A stretch of 64,000 nt of DNA from Chthoniobacteraceae bacterium (GTDB lineage Bacteria > Verrucomicrobiota > Verrucomicrobiia > Chthoniobacterales > Chthoniobacteraceae). Within the stretch, counting starts at the first letter, position 1; every line of letters starts with the position of its first letter. The translations under genes and the position numbers were made by a program. Location: the NCBI GenBank assembly GCA_031409335.1, contig JANNWY010000196.1, positions 1-64,000 of the forward strand. The letters are read 5' to 3'. This document shows, one piece after another, positions 9,377 through 18,850 of the stretch. Under the pieces are notes generated by a model that saw only the letters and a list, made by a program, of their open reading frames with translations, searched no databases and was not told the origin of the DNA.

Positions 9377-11695
9377 ATGAGCCATCCATCTTCTTCCGTC
9401 TGCCCCGCGTGCGGGACGCCAAGCGACACGGAATCCTCAGGCGCCTGCCCGCGCTGTCTGATGCTTGCGGCCATGGAACCGACGGCGCATTCCGCGGAGG
9501 CCATGCACCATCCACCGCCTTCGATCGCGGCGGTGCAGGCAGCATTTCCGCAGCTCGAAATCCTCGCGCTCATCGGCCAGGGCGGGATGGGCTGCGTCTT
9601 CAAGGCGCGGCAGCCGAAGCTGAATCGGTTCGTCGCGCTGAAGCTGCTGCCCGCCTCGCTCGCGGAGCGCGACGCGGCGTTTGCGGGACGCTTTGAACGC
9701 GAGGGGCAACTCCTCGCGCGACTGCACCACCCGAACATCGTCGCGGTGCATGACTCCGGCACGTCGGACGAGTTTTTCTACCTTATCATGGAGCATGTGG
9801 ATGGCGTGAATCTGCGGCAGGCCATGCGTGCGCGCCGCTTCACGCCGATGCAGGCGCTGGCGATCGTGCCGCACATCTGCGACGCGTTGCAATTCGCCCA
9901 CGACGAAGGCGTGCTGCACCGCGACATCAAGCCGGAGAACATCCTGCTCGACGCCAAGGGCCGCGTGAAACTTGCCGACTTCGGCATCGCGAAACTGCTC
10001 GGTGCCGCCGACTCGCCGTCCACGAATGCCGCGCCCGGCGACTCCGGCCTCACGCAATCCGGCACCGCGCTCGGCACGCCGAGCTACATGTCCCCCGAGC
10101 AGCGCGACACACCCGCCGACGTGGATCACCGCGCCGACATCTTCTCGCTCGGCGTTGTCTTTTACGAACTGCTCACCGGCGAACTCCCGACCGGAAAATT
10201 CGCGCCGCCTTCCGCCAAGAGCGACGCCGACCCGCGCGTGGACGCCATCGTGCAGCAGGCGCTGGAAAAGGAGCGCGACCTGCGCCAGCACAGCGCGAGC
10301 GAAATGAAGACGCAGGTGGAAACGGCAAATGCAACCGCGCGGGATCCTGCGCTGTCTCACAAGAGTCCGAAGCCTTCCGTGTGGCCCACCGCCATTTTGC
10401 ATGCGGTGCTCTTCGCCCTCATCACCACGCTCTTTTTCATCACCATCCCGAAGTTCGTCGGCATTTTCCACGATATGGGCGCGCCCTTGCCCGTTGCGAG
10501 TTCACTGATTCTCAAACTCGGCCAGCTCGGGAGCGTGCTGGCGCTCCCTCTCGTAGCCGGCGCGAATGTGGGCTTTTGCTTTTTGGCGCGAGCGCTTGGC
10601 GGGCGGCGGGGGCTTCGCATCTGGTCCGGCGCGGTCATCCTTGGATTGGTAACGATCGTGGCGACGATTGGCGCGACATTATTTTTCCCGATGCAGCGGA
10701 TCGTGACGAAACTCAATTCTCATTCCGGAGCGGCTCCGTCGGCCAGCGCGAAGGAATCGGCCCCGGGCTCGATGGAGTCCTGGTCTTACACGCTGCGCCA
10801 CTGGTCAGCCGAAAGATTTGCGCAATGGAGCAAGGTGGCGACGAGTGAGCGCCGGCAATGGAGCGAAGGGATTTCCTTCGAGCAGGCAGGTGGCGTCGTC
10901 ACGGTGACGGGGCCGAGGGAACGGGCGCGACGGATCGCGACGATGTTGCGCGCGCAGGATCAGCCCGAGGTGAAGAGTCCGCTCGATCTCCCGCTCCTCA
11001 ACATGCCCCCGGGCTTTTTCCTGCAAATGACTTTGCCCGTTTTGATGCAGCAGGACGATTTTGCAAAAAGCCTGCTCACCGACCGACTCCTCGACTCGCT
11101 GAATCGCGAAAGCGTGACCGCGCCGCAGCTCTCGCGAGCGTTGTCCGCGCATGTTCTGGAGCTGGAAAGAGCCGTGATCGTGAACAATGGAGCGACGTTC
11201 GAGAGCATCGTGCATTCACCCGGAGCGAGCGTCTTCTACGACGTCACCATCCCGTGCGCCGATCAACCGGGCAACCCTCTCACGCTCCGCATCGAGCGCA
11301 CCACCCAGCAGATGGGCACACAATCCAGAGTCGCCGGTCTCGCTCCGTGGCTGATCGCCGAGGCAAAGCTGCAATCCAGCGCGCCGCTCGCGGAAGGGGC
11401 CGCTCACCTGGAAAAGGAAGAGCCAGCAAAGCGATCCGAAGCACTGCCCGACGAGGAGCCGCTTCATGGGGAACTTGAAGTTGCCTTCAAGGAATACAAG
11501 CGGCTCCTCACGGCGCTGCGCGAGGCCGCGTTCGAGCTCGATCTCGCCGGTGTCAGCGTGGACTCGGAAACGGAAGCGCAGGATCGGCGGGCGGTCATCA
11601 AGACGAGGTGCGATCAACTCGCCGAGCAGACTGCGACGTTGCGCGAAAAAATCCTCGCCCTCGGAAAACGCGCCGCCGAAGGCCGTGCCCGCTAA
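9377..11695 (+). CDS. Membrane-anchored Hanks-type Ser/Thr protein kinase
   Basis: N-terminal CPAC/CPRC Zn ribbon; GQGGMG, VALK, HRDIKPEN, DFGIAK, GTPSYMSPEQ; three predicted TM segments and a C-terminal extracytoplasmic region. ATG 9377 preferred over the ORF-track start. Confidence 0.92.
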   Translation: MSHPSSSVCPACGTPSDTESSGACPRCLMLAAMEPTAHSAEAMHHPPPSIAAVQAAFPQLEILALIGQGGMGCVFKARQPKLNRFVALKLLPASLAERDAAFAGRFEREGQLLARLHHPNIVAVHDSGTSDEFFYLIMEHVDGVNLRQAMRARRFTPMQALAIVPHICDALQFAHDEGVLHRDIKPENILLDAKGRVKLADFGIAKLLGAADSPSTNAAPGDSGLTQSGTALGTPSYMSPEQRDTPADVDHRADIFSLGVVFYELLTGELPTGKFAPPSAKSDADPRVDAIVQQALEKERDLRQHSASEMKTQVETANATARDPALSHKSPKPSVWPTAILHAVLFALITTLFFITIPKFVGIFHDMGAPLPVASSLILKLGQLGSVLALPLVAGANVGFCFLARALGGRRGLRIWSGAVILGLVTIVATIGATLFFPMQRIVTKLNSHSGAAPSASAKESAPGSMESWSYTLRHWSAERFAQWSKVATSERRQWSEGISFEQAGGVVTVTGPRERARRIATMLRAQDQPEVKSPLDLPLLNMPPGFFLQMTLPVLMQQDDFAKSLLTDRLLDSLNRESVTAPQLSRALSAHVLELERAVIVNNGATFESIVHSPGASVFYDVTIPCADQPGNPLTLRIERTTQQMGTQSRVAGLAPWLIAEAKLQSSAPLAEGAAHLEKEEPAKRSEALPDEEPLHGELEVAFKEYKRLLTALREAAFELDLAGVSVDSETEAQDRRAVIKTRCDQLAEQTATLREKILALGKRAAEGRAR

Positions 11696-11723
11696 CTTTT
11701 TCCAACCAAACCAAACCGCAAAA

Positions 11724-12122
11724 ATGAAAACCAAAATGAAAACCAAAGTCGCAACCATCCTCCTCGTCCTAATGTCGCTCGCCACGCTGCCAATGCACGC
11801 GGACGAACCGGCACCCAGCACGGCGCAACTTGAGTTGAAGATCAAACAGATCGAACTCGACGTCGCGTTGAAGCAGTTTGAAAAAGTCTCAACCACTCTC
11901 GCTGAAGCAGAACTTGATGACCGCCTCGCTGATCCGGAGGGAAAAAATGACGAGCAGATCAAAGCGCAAAGGAATAGCGCCGAAAGGAAGATCGCTATCC
12001 TGACTGAGATGAAGGATCGCCTGCGGGGTGAGATTCTGAAGAACGGTGTGGAGATCGAAGCGCTACGCAAAAAATGGGGCATCCCGGCCCCAGGCCCGGA
12101 GAAGAATGTGAAAGCGTTTTGA
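11724..12122 (+). CDS. Small secreted coiled-coil protein
   Basis: MKTKMKTKVATILLVLMSLATLPMHA signal peptide (alternative ATG 11736), then a heptad-rich helical region. Confidence 0.75.
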   Translation: MKTKMKTKVATILLVLMSLATLPMHADEPAPSTAQLELKIKQIELDVALKQFEKVSTTLAEAELDDRLADPEGKNDEQIKAQRNSAERKIAILTEMKDRLRGEILKNGVEIEALRKKWGIPAPGPEKNVKAF

Positions 12123-12138
12123 CTTCACTGGACCGGAG

Positions 12139-12870
12139 ATGACGACCGCACCCGAGAGCGGCGGAGGTTTCGTCCTGACACGCTGGACGCTCGTCGAGCG
12201 CACGCGCGGTGCATCTCCGGAAGCGCGGCAGGCGCTCAGTGAATTGTGCGCCGCGTATTACGAACCGGTCGTCGCCTTTCTCCGCCGCGAAGGCCGTGCG
12301 ACGGATGCCGCGCGAGAGCTGGCCCACGGGTTCTTTGAGGCGATTTTGGAAAAGCCGACGCTCGGTGGCGCCGAGCCAGGGCAGGGCAGGTTTCGCAGCT
12401 ACCTACTCGGCGCGCTGAAGCACCACCTCAGCCATCGGCGCGAGCGCGAGGCGCGGCAAAAGCGTGGTGGTGGCGCGGAGATGGTCGCGCTGGATGCGGG
12501 CACGGACACTTCGCCGGGTATCGATCCCGGCGACGTGCAAGCGCTGCCGCCGGATCGCGAGTTTGACCGGCAATGGGCGCTCCACGTCCTGCGTCGCGCG
12601 ACCGATGCGCTGGCTGCGGAATGGTTTGACGCTGGAAAAGCGGACGAGTTTTCCGCGCTGCATCCCTTCATCGGCGGCGAGTCGGCGCATGGCGATCTCA
12701 CTGTGCTCGCTGCTTCGCGGAGTGAAAGCGCGGCTACGTTGCGGAAGACAGTGAGCCGGATGCGACAGCGGTTTCGTCAGCACGTCAAAGCGGAGATCGC
12801 GCCGACGCTTTCTGACAGCGCCACGGCCGACAACGAAATGCGGGATCTCCTCGCGGCGCTCTCGGCGTGA
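12139..12870 (+). CDS. ECF-type sigma-70 factor (kinase-associated PVC type)
   Basis: FVLTRWTLV...ALSELCAAYYEPVVAFLRR...GRFRSYLLGALK...FDRQWA...VSRMRQRFR. No anti-sigma gene is adjacent. Confidence 0.88.
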   Translation: MTTAPESGGGFVLTRWTLVERTRGASPEARQALSELCAAYYEPVVAFLRREGRATDAARELAHGFFEAILEKPTLGGAEPGQGRFRSYLLGALKHHLSHRREREARQKRGGGAEMVALDAGTDTSPGIDPGDVQALPPDREFDRQWALHVLRRATDALAAEWFDAGKADEFSALHPFIGGESAHGDLTVLAASRSESAATLRKTVSRMRQRFRQHVKAEIAPTLSDSATADNEMRDLLAALSA

Positions 12871-12887
12871 GGTGAACGTGGACTTTT

Positions 12888-13580
12888 CTATGCCTCCAGC
12901 CGGTAGCCGAGGCTGTGGACGGTGAGCAGGTGGCGCGGCTCGCCGGGCACGTCCTCGATCTTTTGGCGCAGCTTCACCACGAGCTGATCGAGCGTGCGCG
13001 TGGTGCCGTAGTATTCGATGCCCCAGACTTCATTCAGGATCGTGTCGCGCGAGACGGCGTTTCCCTTTTCACGAAAAAGCAACGCGAGGACGCGGAGTTC
13101 GCGCGGCGTCAGCTCGAAGGCTTCCTTCCCGCGCTTGCCGCGGAGCGCTTTGCAATCGACGCGCACTTTGCCAAAGGCGATCTCCGCCGGCGTATCCGCA
13201 GCCTCGACGCCGGGCTCGGCACGCCGCAGCAGCGCGTGAACGCGCGCGAGCAGTTCCCGCAGCGAAAATGGCTTCGTCACGTAATCGTCCGCGCCGAGTT
13301 CGAGACCGACGACTTTGTCGATCTCCTGGCCTTTCGCCGAGAGCATCAGGATCGGCGTGCGGCTCTTTGAAGCGCGGATTTCGCGGCACAAATCGTAGCC
13401 GCTTTTTCCGGGAAGCATGATGTCGAGGATGACGAGGTCGGGCTTGCTTTGCCGGAAAAGCGGGAGCGCATGCGAGCCGTCGCCGCACTCGCTGATTTCG
13501 TAGCCCTCCGCGCGGAGCGCATCCACGAGCCCGAGCCGGATGTGCGCGTCGTCTTCGACGATCAAGATGTGTTTTTTCAT
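12888..13580 (-). CDS. OmpR-family response regulator
   Basis: ILIVEDD, LDIMLP, GADDYVTKPF; winged-helix LRQKIE...TVHSLGYRL. Confidence 0.95.
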   Translation of the reverse strand: MKKHILIVEDDAHIRLGLVDALRAEGYEISECGDGSHALPLFRQSKPDLVILDIMLPGKSGYDLCREIRASKSRTPILMLSAKGQEIDKVVGLELGADDYVTKPFSLRELLARVHALLRRAEPGVEAADTPAEIAFGKVRVDCKALRGKRGKEAFELTPRELRVLALLFREKGNAVSRDTILNEVWGIEYYGTTRTLDQLVVKLRQKIEDVPGEPRHLLTVHSLGYRLEA

Positions 13581-15565
13581 GAAGTGGAATGCGCGAGCGG
13601 AAGCCGCAGCGTGAAATTGCTCCCGCCTCCGTCGCGCGCTTGAACCGTGATTTCGCCGTCGTGTTCCCGCGCCAGCCGTTGCGCAAGAGTGAGGCCGAGG
13701 CCGCTGCCCTGGATGCCGCTCGAGAGCGAATCGTGTGCGCGATAAAATGCCTCGAAAATCTTCCGCTCATCGCCCTTTGGCACGCCATGGCCGCGGTCGA
13801 GAACGCTGACGCACACATGATCGCCGTCGAGGTAGCTGTGCAGCTCCACGTCCTTTTGCGTGCCGGCGTATTTTTCGGCGTTGGAGAAAAGATTCACCAA
13901 AATCTGAGCGAGCGCGTCTTCATCGCCGACCACCGAATACGGCGGCGGCGCAGCCTGCCAGCGCGTGGTGAAGCCGCTCTCGCGCAGATGCAGCTCGTGC
14001 GATTCCCAAGTGCGCTGGATGACCGCGTGCAGATCGAGCGGCTTTTTGTCGAAGCTCTTTTGCCGCCGCTCCAGCTTCGCGAAATCGAGCACGTTATTGA
14101 TCAGCCGCGTGAGCCGCTTGGCCTCGACGATGATGATGCGGAGATACTGGGGCGCTTTCTCCGCGGTTTCGGCGCGACCGTTTTGCATCAGCTCGGCGAA
14201 CATGCGGATCGAGGTGAGCGGCGTTTTGAGTTCGTGGGAGACGTTGGAAACGAAATCCGTTTTCTGCTGCGCCCGCGCGAGCTGGAGCCGCGCATCCTGC
14301 ACCACGAGCCAGCCGCCGCACGCGATCGCGCCGAGCATTCCCACGATGAGAAAGATGAGCGTCCGGCGCAGCCCGCGTGCGGATTCCTGGAGCTGCTCGG
14401 GCCGCATCAAATAAAGCGCCGCCTCCCAATGCGGCAGCGCTTCACCGATCTCGGACGCGACGAACGGGCGCTTCCAATCGCGCCCTTTTTCTCCCACCGG
14501 ATAAGTGGCCACAGGCCGCGCTTTGTCATTGAGCAGCGCGAGGACGAACTCGGGCGAACCTTCGCGATATGCCGGATCAGGCATCGCCGAAGCCCAAAGA
14601 TCGCCGAGGCTGTCCGCTTCGATGAGACAGCCGAAGATCATCTCTGGCGCTTGCGCGGGACGGAGCCAGAAGATCATGTCCAGCCGGTCCTGGACGAAGC
14701 GCGTCACCATCCCCTCTTCGCGCCCGACGCAGAGCGCCCGGAATTCGGTGGTCGCGGACCACAAGTTGGAAACTTGCGCGCGCGTGCTCTCATCGAACGA
14801 TTGTTGCGGCTGCACGTTTCGCGCCGAGGCATCGCGGCGAACCGCTTCCTGTTCGGTGAGCTTCGCGGCGTCGGCCTGTGGAAAACCCTCCTGCGCGGGA
14901 GCCATCGCAGGTTTGGCGGGCGCTTGCATTTCCACTGACTGCGCGGCGGGCGCGGGCTCGATGATTTCCGCACTCTTGAGCGCCTGTTTCTGACTAAATG
15001 CCTCAGCCTTCGCCGCTGGCGCGATTCGCTGTTTTGTCGCAGCGCTGTTCGCCGCGAGTTCCTGCTGCTGCTGATCGTTGGTGTATCCGCCTTTCGACTT
15101 CCTCATTTGCTCCGGGCGATTCAGTTCCTCCACGGGCACGGGATAAACCGTCGCGGCGATGTTGCCACCGAGGAACGCGCCGTTTTCGAGGAGGAACTTC
15201 TTAATGTCGGGACTGCCGGGCGCGGCGGGTACGGCTGGTGAGAGCAGCCGCCCATCCGCGCCGATCGCAAAACCGACCGCCTTGCGCGGCCACGCTTGTG
15301 CGAGCGACTTGGTAAAATTGCCCGCGAGCTTCTGTGGACTATCGACGACGATCAGCTTGCCCACGATGTCGGCAAACGCCCGCCGCTGCTCGTCGATGAG
15401 CGAGCGCGCCGCCGCAGCCACGCTATCCGCCTCGGTCTGCCTCAGCTCCGCCGTGCGCCGTTCGAGAATGATCTTCTGCTCCTCCGCGCTGCGCAGCGCC
15501 AGCCAGCCGAGCACGACGCTGGGCAGGAGGACGGCGAGGAGGAAAATCCAGATACTTTTTCTCAT
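13577..15565 (-). CDS. Sensor histidine kinase
   Basis: Two TM helices flanking a large periplasmic region; H-box VSHELKTPL; N-box NLFSNAEKY; DRGHG; GSGLGL. Start at MRKSIW (15565). Confidence 0.92.
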   Translation of the reverse strand: MRKSIWIFLLAVLLPSVVLGWLALRSAEEQKIILERRTAELRQTEADSVAAAARSLIDEQRRAFADIVGKLIVVDSPQKLAGNFTKSLAQAWPRKAVGFAIGADGRLLSPAVPAAPGSPDIKKFLLENGAFLGGNIAATVYPVPVEELNRPEQMRKSKGGYTNDQQQQELAANSAATKQRIAPAAKAEAFSQKQALKSAEIIEPAPAAQSVEMQAPAKPAMAPAQEGFPQADAAKLTEQEAVRRDASARNVQPQQSFDESTRAQVSNLWSATTEFRALCVGREEGMVTRFVQDRLDMIFWLRPAQAPEMIFGCLIEADSLGDLWASAMPDPAYREGSPEFVLALLNDKARPVATYPVGEKGRDWKRPFVASEIGEALPHWEAALYLMRPEQLQESARGLRRTLIFLIVGMLGAIACGGWLVVQDARLQLARAQQKTDFVSNVSHELKTPLTSIRMFAELMQNGRAETAEKAPQYLRIIIVEAKRLTRLINNVLDFAKLERRQKSFDKKPLDLHAVIQRTWESHELHLRESGFTTRWQAAPPPYSVVGDEDALAQILVNLFSNAEKYAGTQKDVELHSYLDGDHVCVSVLDRGHGVPKGDERKIFEAFYRAHDSLSSGIQGSGLGLTLAQRLAREHDGEITVQARDGGGSNFTLRLPLAHSTS

Positions 15566-15626
15566 TGAAGGACGGCGTTTGCGGCTGCCGGGGTTTCCCA
15601 GCAGCCGCATTCATTCCGCGGCGACG

Positions 15627-16952
15627 TTACCGCTTCTGATACTTGTCCTGCCAGTTTTCGTACTGCACCTGCTTGCGAGTCGCTTTGCCAAGCTGACCCT
15701 GCGACTCCACTTCGCGCGCTGCCTCTTCCAGCTTGCGATTTTCGAGCGCGAGTCCGGGAAGCTGCGCGGGCGCGGGCGCGGCGGCGTTCATCGCGGCCTG
15801 GCGGCGCAGCACATCGGCGGCATCCTTGCTCCTGCCTTCATCGGCAAGTTTCACCGCGCGCTCTTTCGCGAGACGGTTGTCCATGATCGAGACTTCGCGC
15901 GCAATTTCCGCACGCTGGCTGGAGTCGGATTTCGGCTCGTCATCGGTGAAGCGAACGTTCGCGGCTTGCTGCTGCGGCTCGGCCTTCCCGCCGCTTGCGG
16001 GTTCGTATTTCAAATCGACCGCCGCGACTTCGATCGGCTCCGTGGTTTTCGACTCCACGGCACAGCGCACGAGGAAGCGCCGTTTGTCGCCGCCGAAATA
16101 TTCCGGCAGCGCGATGTCCGCAGACCGGCCTCCACACTTGATCTCGGGAAGGCCGATGATTTCGCGAATGCGCACGCCATCGGGAACGGTGATGCGAATC
16201 GTGACGCCGCGCGCCACGAGCGTGCGGGCCGCGCCGAGTTCCTCCGCGAAAATGCCGGGCAATTTTTCAGCGTCTCGCACGTAGTAGTAATTCGCGTTGC
16301 TCGACTCGGCGAGCGCCGTCATCAGGTCTTCGTTGTAATCGTCGCCGAGTCCGATCGTGGTGACGGAAATCCCATCGCGCCGCAGCTCGCTACCAAGATT
16401 GGCGAGATCGCTCGGGCGACTCGGGCCCGAGTTCGCAAGCCCGTCGGAAAGCAGCACCACGCGATTCACAAACTCGCGAGCCAGATTCCGCCGCACCTGC
16501 TTTGCGCCCAGCGTCACGCCCGCGTGAATCGCCGTCCCACCACCGGGGCGGATGCGGTCGATCCGCGCTTTCAGCGCCTCGCGATTGCGCTCGCCGCCGA
16601 CGCGCTCCGGCGGGAGCAGCACGTCGGTTTCATTGTCGAAAGTGACGAGCGAAAAGTAATCGTCATCCGCGAGCTGATCGACCGCGACGCACGCGCCCTG
16701 TTTCGCCTTCTCGATCTTCGCACCCTGCATCGAACCGCTGCGATCGAGCACCACCGCCAGATTCATCGGCGCGCGTTTTCCACCGCGCTCCGGCTTCTTC
16801 GCATCGAGATCGACCTGCACGATGACTTCGCGGGAACCGCCGGAGTAAACCAAATCGCGTTCGGGGGCGACGCGCAGCGTCACATCCGGCGAGGCAACGA
16901 CCGCACGCGCAAACGCGCCGGCCACGAGCATGAAGAGATAGTTTCGTTTCAT
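15627..16952 (-). CDS. Secreted von Willebrand factor A domain protein (YfbK-like)
   Basis: Signal peptide; MIDAS DRSGSM; GGGTAI; LLSDGLAN; IGLGDDYNEDLM. Confidence 0.9.
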   Translation of the reverse strand: MKRNYLFMLVAGAFARAVVASPDVTLRVAPERDLVYSGGSREVIVQVDLDAKKPERGGKRAPMNLAVVLDRSGSMQGAKIEKAKQGACVAVDQLADDDYFSLVTFDNETDVLLPPERVGGERNREALKARIDRIRPGGGTAIHAGVTLGAKQVRRNLAREFVNRVVLLSDGLANSGPSRPSDLANLGSELRRDGISVTTIGLGDDYNEDLMTALAESSNANYYYVRDAEKLPGIFAEELGAARTLVARGVTIRITVPDGVRIREIIGLPEIKCGGRSADIALPEYFGGDKRRFLVRCAVESKTTEPIEVAAVDLKYEPASGGKAEPQQQAANVRFTDDEPKSDSSQRAEIAREVSIMDNRLAKERAVKLADEGRSKDAADVLRRQAAMNAAAPAPAQLPGLALENRKLEEAAREVESQGQLGKATRKQVQYENWQDKYQKR

Positions 16953-17038
16953 GCCCGCACGCTACGGCGAGCCGCCGCGGATTGTGTCAGGCGGACGTGC
17001 GGAGATTGTAAAAGAAATGTCAGCGCGGGCGCCTGGCC

Positions 17039-18070
17039 TCAGTCGCGCCCGGCCGGGAGCTCGCCGACGAGGCGGGGAGTCGGGATCGCACGTTCATCCT
17101 TGTCGGGCGCGGCACGAAACCGCACCGCAGCCTTGTCCCGAGCGGTGATGTCTTCAATGAAGATGTCCATTTGCTGGCCGACGAAGAGCTTCGAGGAGGT
17201 GTCGGGCAATTCGTAGATGACTTGCAGGACGCGAGTGTCCACGCGCTCGGTGCTGTCGCCAGTGAGCGATTGTTTGGGAATGACCATCGGCTCGAAGCGC
17301 ACGAATTTGAGATGAGCCTTGAAGCCCGCGTTGCCGCGCACGGTGCCAGTCGCGCCGGCGGCCTCGCGGACGCGCCAGCCTTCGTGCTCATCCACATCCA
17401 CGCGCACATGCAGCGGATGCAGCCGGCCCAGCACCAGCAAAGGGCGGGCGGTCTGGCCCGCCGGCGCAAATTCTCCCGCGCGGACCTTTACCTGGAGGAC
17501 ATCGGCGGCGATCGGCGCGCGCACCACGCAGCGCTCGATCTCGGTCTCGCTGGCGCGGATCTGGGCCTCGGCCCCGGCCACCTCGGCCCTCGCCTCACTG
17601 TGTTTCGCCTCGGCGATTTGCACCGCATATTTGCGGCGCATCAATTCATCCTGGCTGATGACGCTGCTGCCGGTGAGTTTGTTCGCGCGGTCGAGCTGGT
17701 CTTTTGCATCGGAGCGCGTGGCTTCGACGGTGGAGACCTTTGCCATGGCCGCGGCCAGCGCGGCCTGGCGCACGCCGAGTTCGGCCTTGAGCTGGCGGTC
17801 CTCGAGCTTGAAGAGCGCGTCGCCTTGCTTCACCGCATCGCCCACTTGCACCGACACCTCCTCGACCACGCCCGCGAGCGCCGTGCCGATCGCCACGCTC
17901 TCCGTGCTCGGCTCGATGATGCCGACGGCGGCGATCGTCTCGGGATATTCCGACTGCGGCGGACGCACCGGCGGGTTCGTCGTCACGCGGGTTGTCTGCG
18001 TGTTTACGATGCTGAGTGTGGCGTAAACCAGCGCGATGATGGCGACGAGGGGCAGGATCAGGCGCTTCAT
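17039..18070 (-). CDS. Efflux periplasmic adaptor (HlyD/DevB-like)
   Basis: Lipoyl-like halves GVVEEVSVQVGDAVKQGD and VRAPIAADVLQVKVRAGE flanking a coiled coil; ERVDTRVLQV. Confidence 0.9.
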   Translation of the reverse strand: MKRLILPLVAIIALVYATLSIVNTQTTRVTTNPPVRPPQSEYPETIAAVGIIEPSTESVAIGTALAGVVEEVSVQVGDAVKQGDALFKLEDRQLKAELGVRQAALAAAMAKVSTVEATRSDAKDQLDRANKLTGSSVISQDELMRRKYAVQIAEAKHSEARAEVAGAEAQIRASETEIERCVVRAPIAADVLQVKVRAGEFAPAGQTARPLLVLGRLHPLHVRVDVDEHEGWRVREAAGATGTVRGNAGFKAHLKFVRFEPMVIPKQSLTGDSTERVDTRVLQVIYELPDTSSKLFVGQQMDIFIEDITARDKAAVRFRAAPDKDERAIPTPRLVGELPAGRD

Positions 18071-18139
18071 GGCATTCGAGTGGTGGAAGTTTCGCGCTGC
18101 GAGGCGTGCCCGCCGGTTGGGATGTGATGACGCATAGGA

Positions 18140-18850
18140 TTATTGAAATACCGCCAGCGGAATATGTGCCCCGGTATCGACTTGCACAATCCGGCCATCG
18201 TCCATGTGGGCGATATCATTGGCGAAATGGAAAACGCGCGAGTCGTGCGTGACGACGATCACGGCGCGATCCGGCTGGACCGCGGCGGTGGCGAGCAGGT
18301 CCATCACGGACTCGCCGGTCGCGTGGTCGAGCGCGGCAGTCGGCTCGTCGCACACGATGAGCCGCGGCTCATGCACCATCGCCCGCGCCAGGGCGACCCG
18401 CTGCTGCTGGCCGCCGGACATATCGGAGGGAAAGGCATTGACCCGGTGATCCAGGCCGAGCCGCACGAGCAGCGCCTTCGCGCGATCCACGGCGTGCCGG
18501 CGCGAGACTCCGGCAGCCATGAGCGGCACAGCGGCGTTCTCGGCGGCGGTCAGCGAGGGCAGCAAATTGTATTGCTGGAAGACAAAGCCGAGGTTGCGCC
18601 GGCGAAAGAGGATACGCTGGCGCGAACCGAGCGCGGCCACATTCTGTCCGAAGAGCTGGACCTCGCCCGCCTCCGAGTCGAGCAGGCCGGCGATGACCGA
18701 GATGAGCGTGGTCTTCCCACAGCCGCTCGGGCCGACGAGGAAGGTGAGCTTGCCAAGCTCCACTTCGAAGTCCACGCCGCGCAGCACTTCGGTGCGCGTC
18801 TCGCCCTGGCCAAAAGACTTCCGCACTTCGCGACACTCGACGGCTTTCAT
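18140..18850 (-). CDS. ABC exporter ATP-binding protein (LolD/DevA-like)
   Basis: GPSGCGKTT, MSGGQQQRV, CDEPT, VTHD. The ATG at 18850 overlaps the permease stop. Confidence 0.93.
   Translation of the reverse strand: MKAVECREVRKSFGQGETRTEVLRGVDFEVELGKLTFLVGPSGCGKTTLISVIAGLLDSEAGEVQLFGQNVAALGSRQRILFRRRNLGFVFQQYNLLPSLTAAENAAVPLMAAGVSRRHAVDRAKALLVRLGLDHRVNAFPSDMSGGQQQRVALARAMVHEPRLIVCDEPTAALDHATGESVMDLLATAAVQPDRAVIVVTHDSRVFHFANDIAHMDDGRIVQVDTGAHIPLAVFQ

Noticed and set aside
11700..11748. CCAAA-rich run and 12-bp duplication giving MKTKMKTK
   Set aside because: Likely an unstructured A/C-rich translation initiation region with a local slippage duplication (similar run at ~26536-26568). No further evidence of function.
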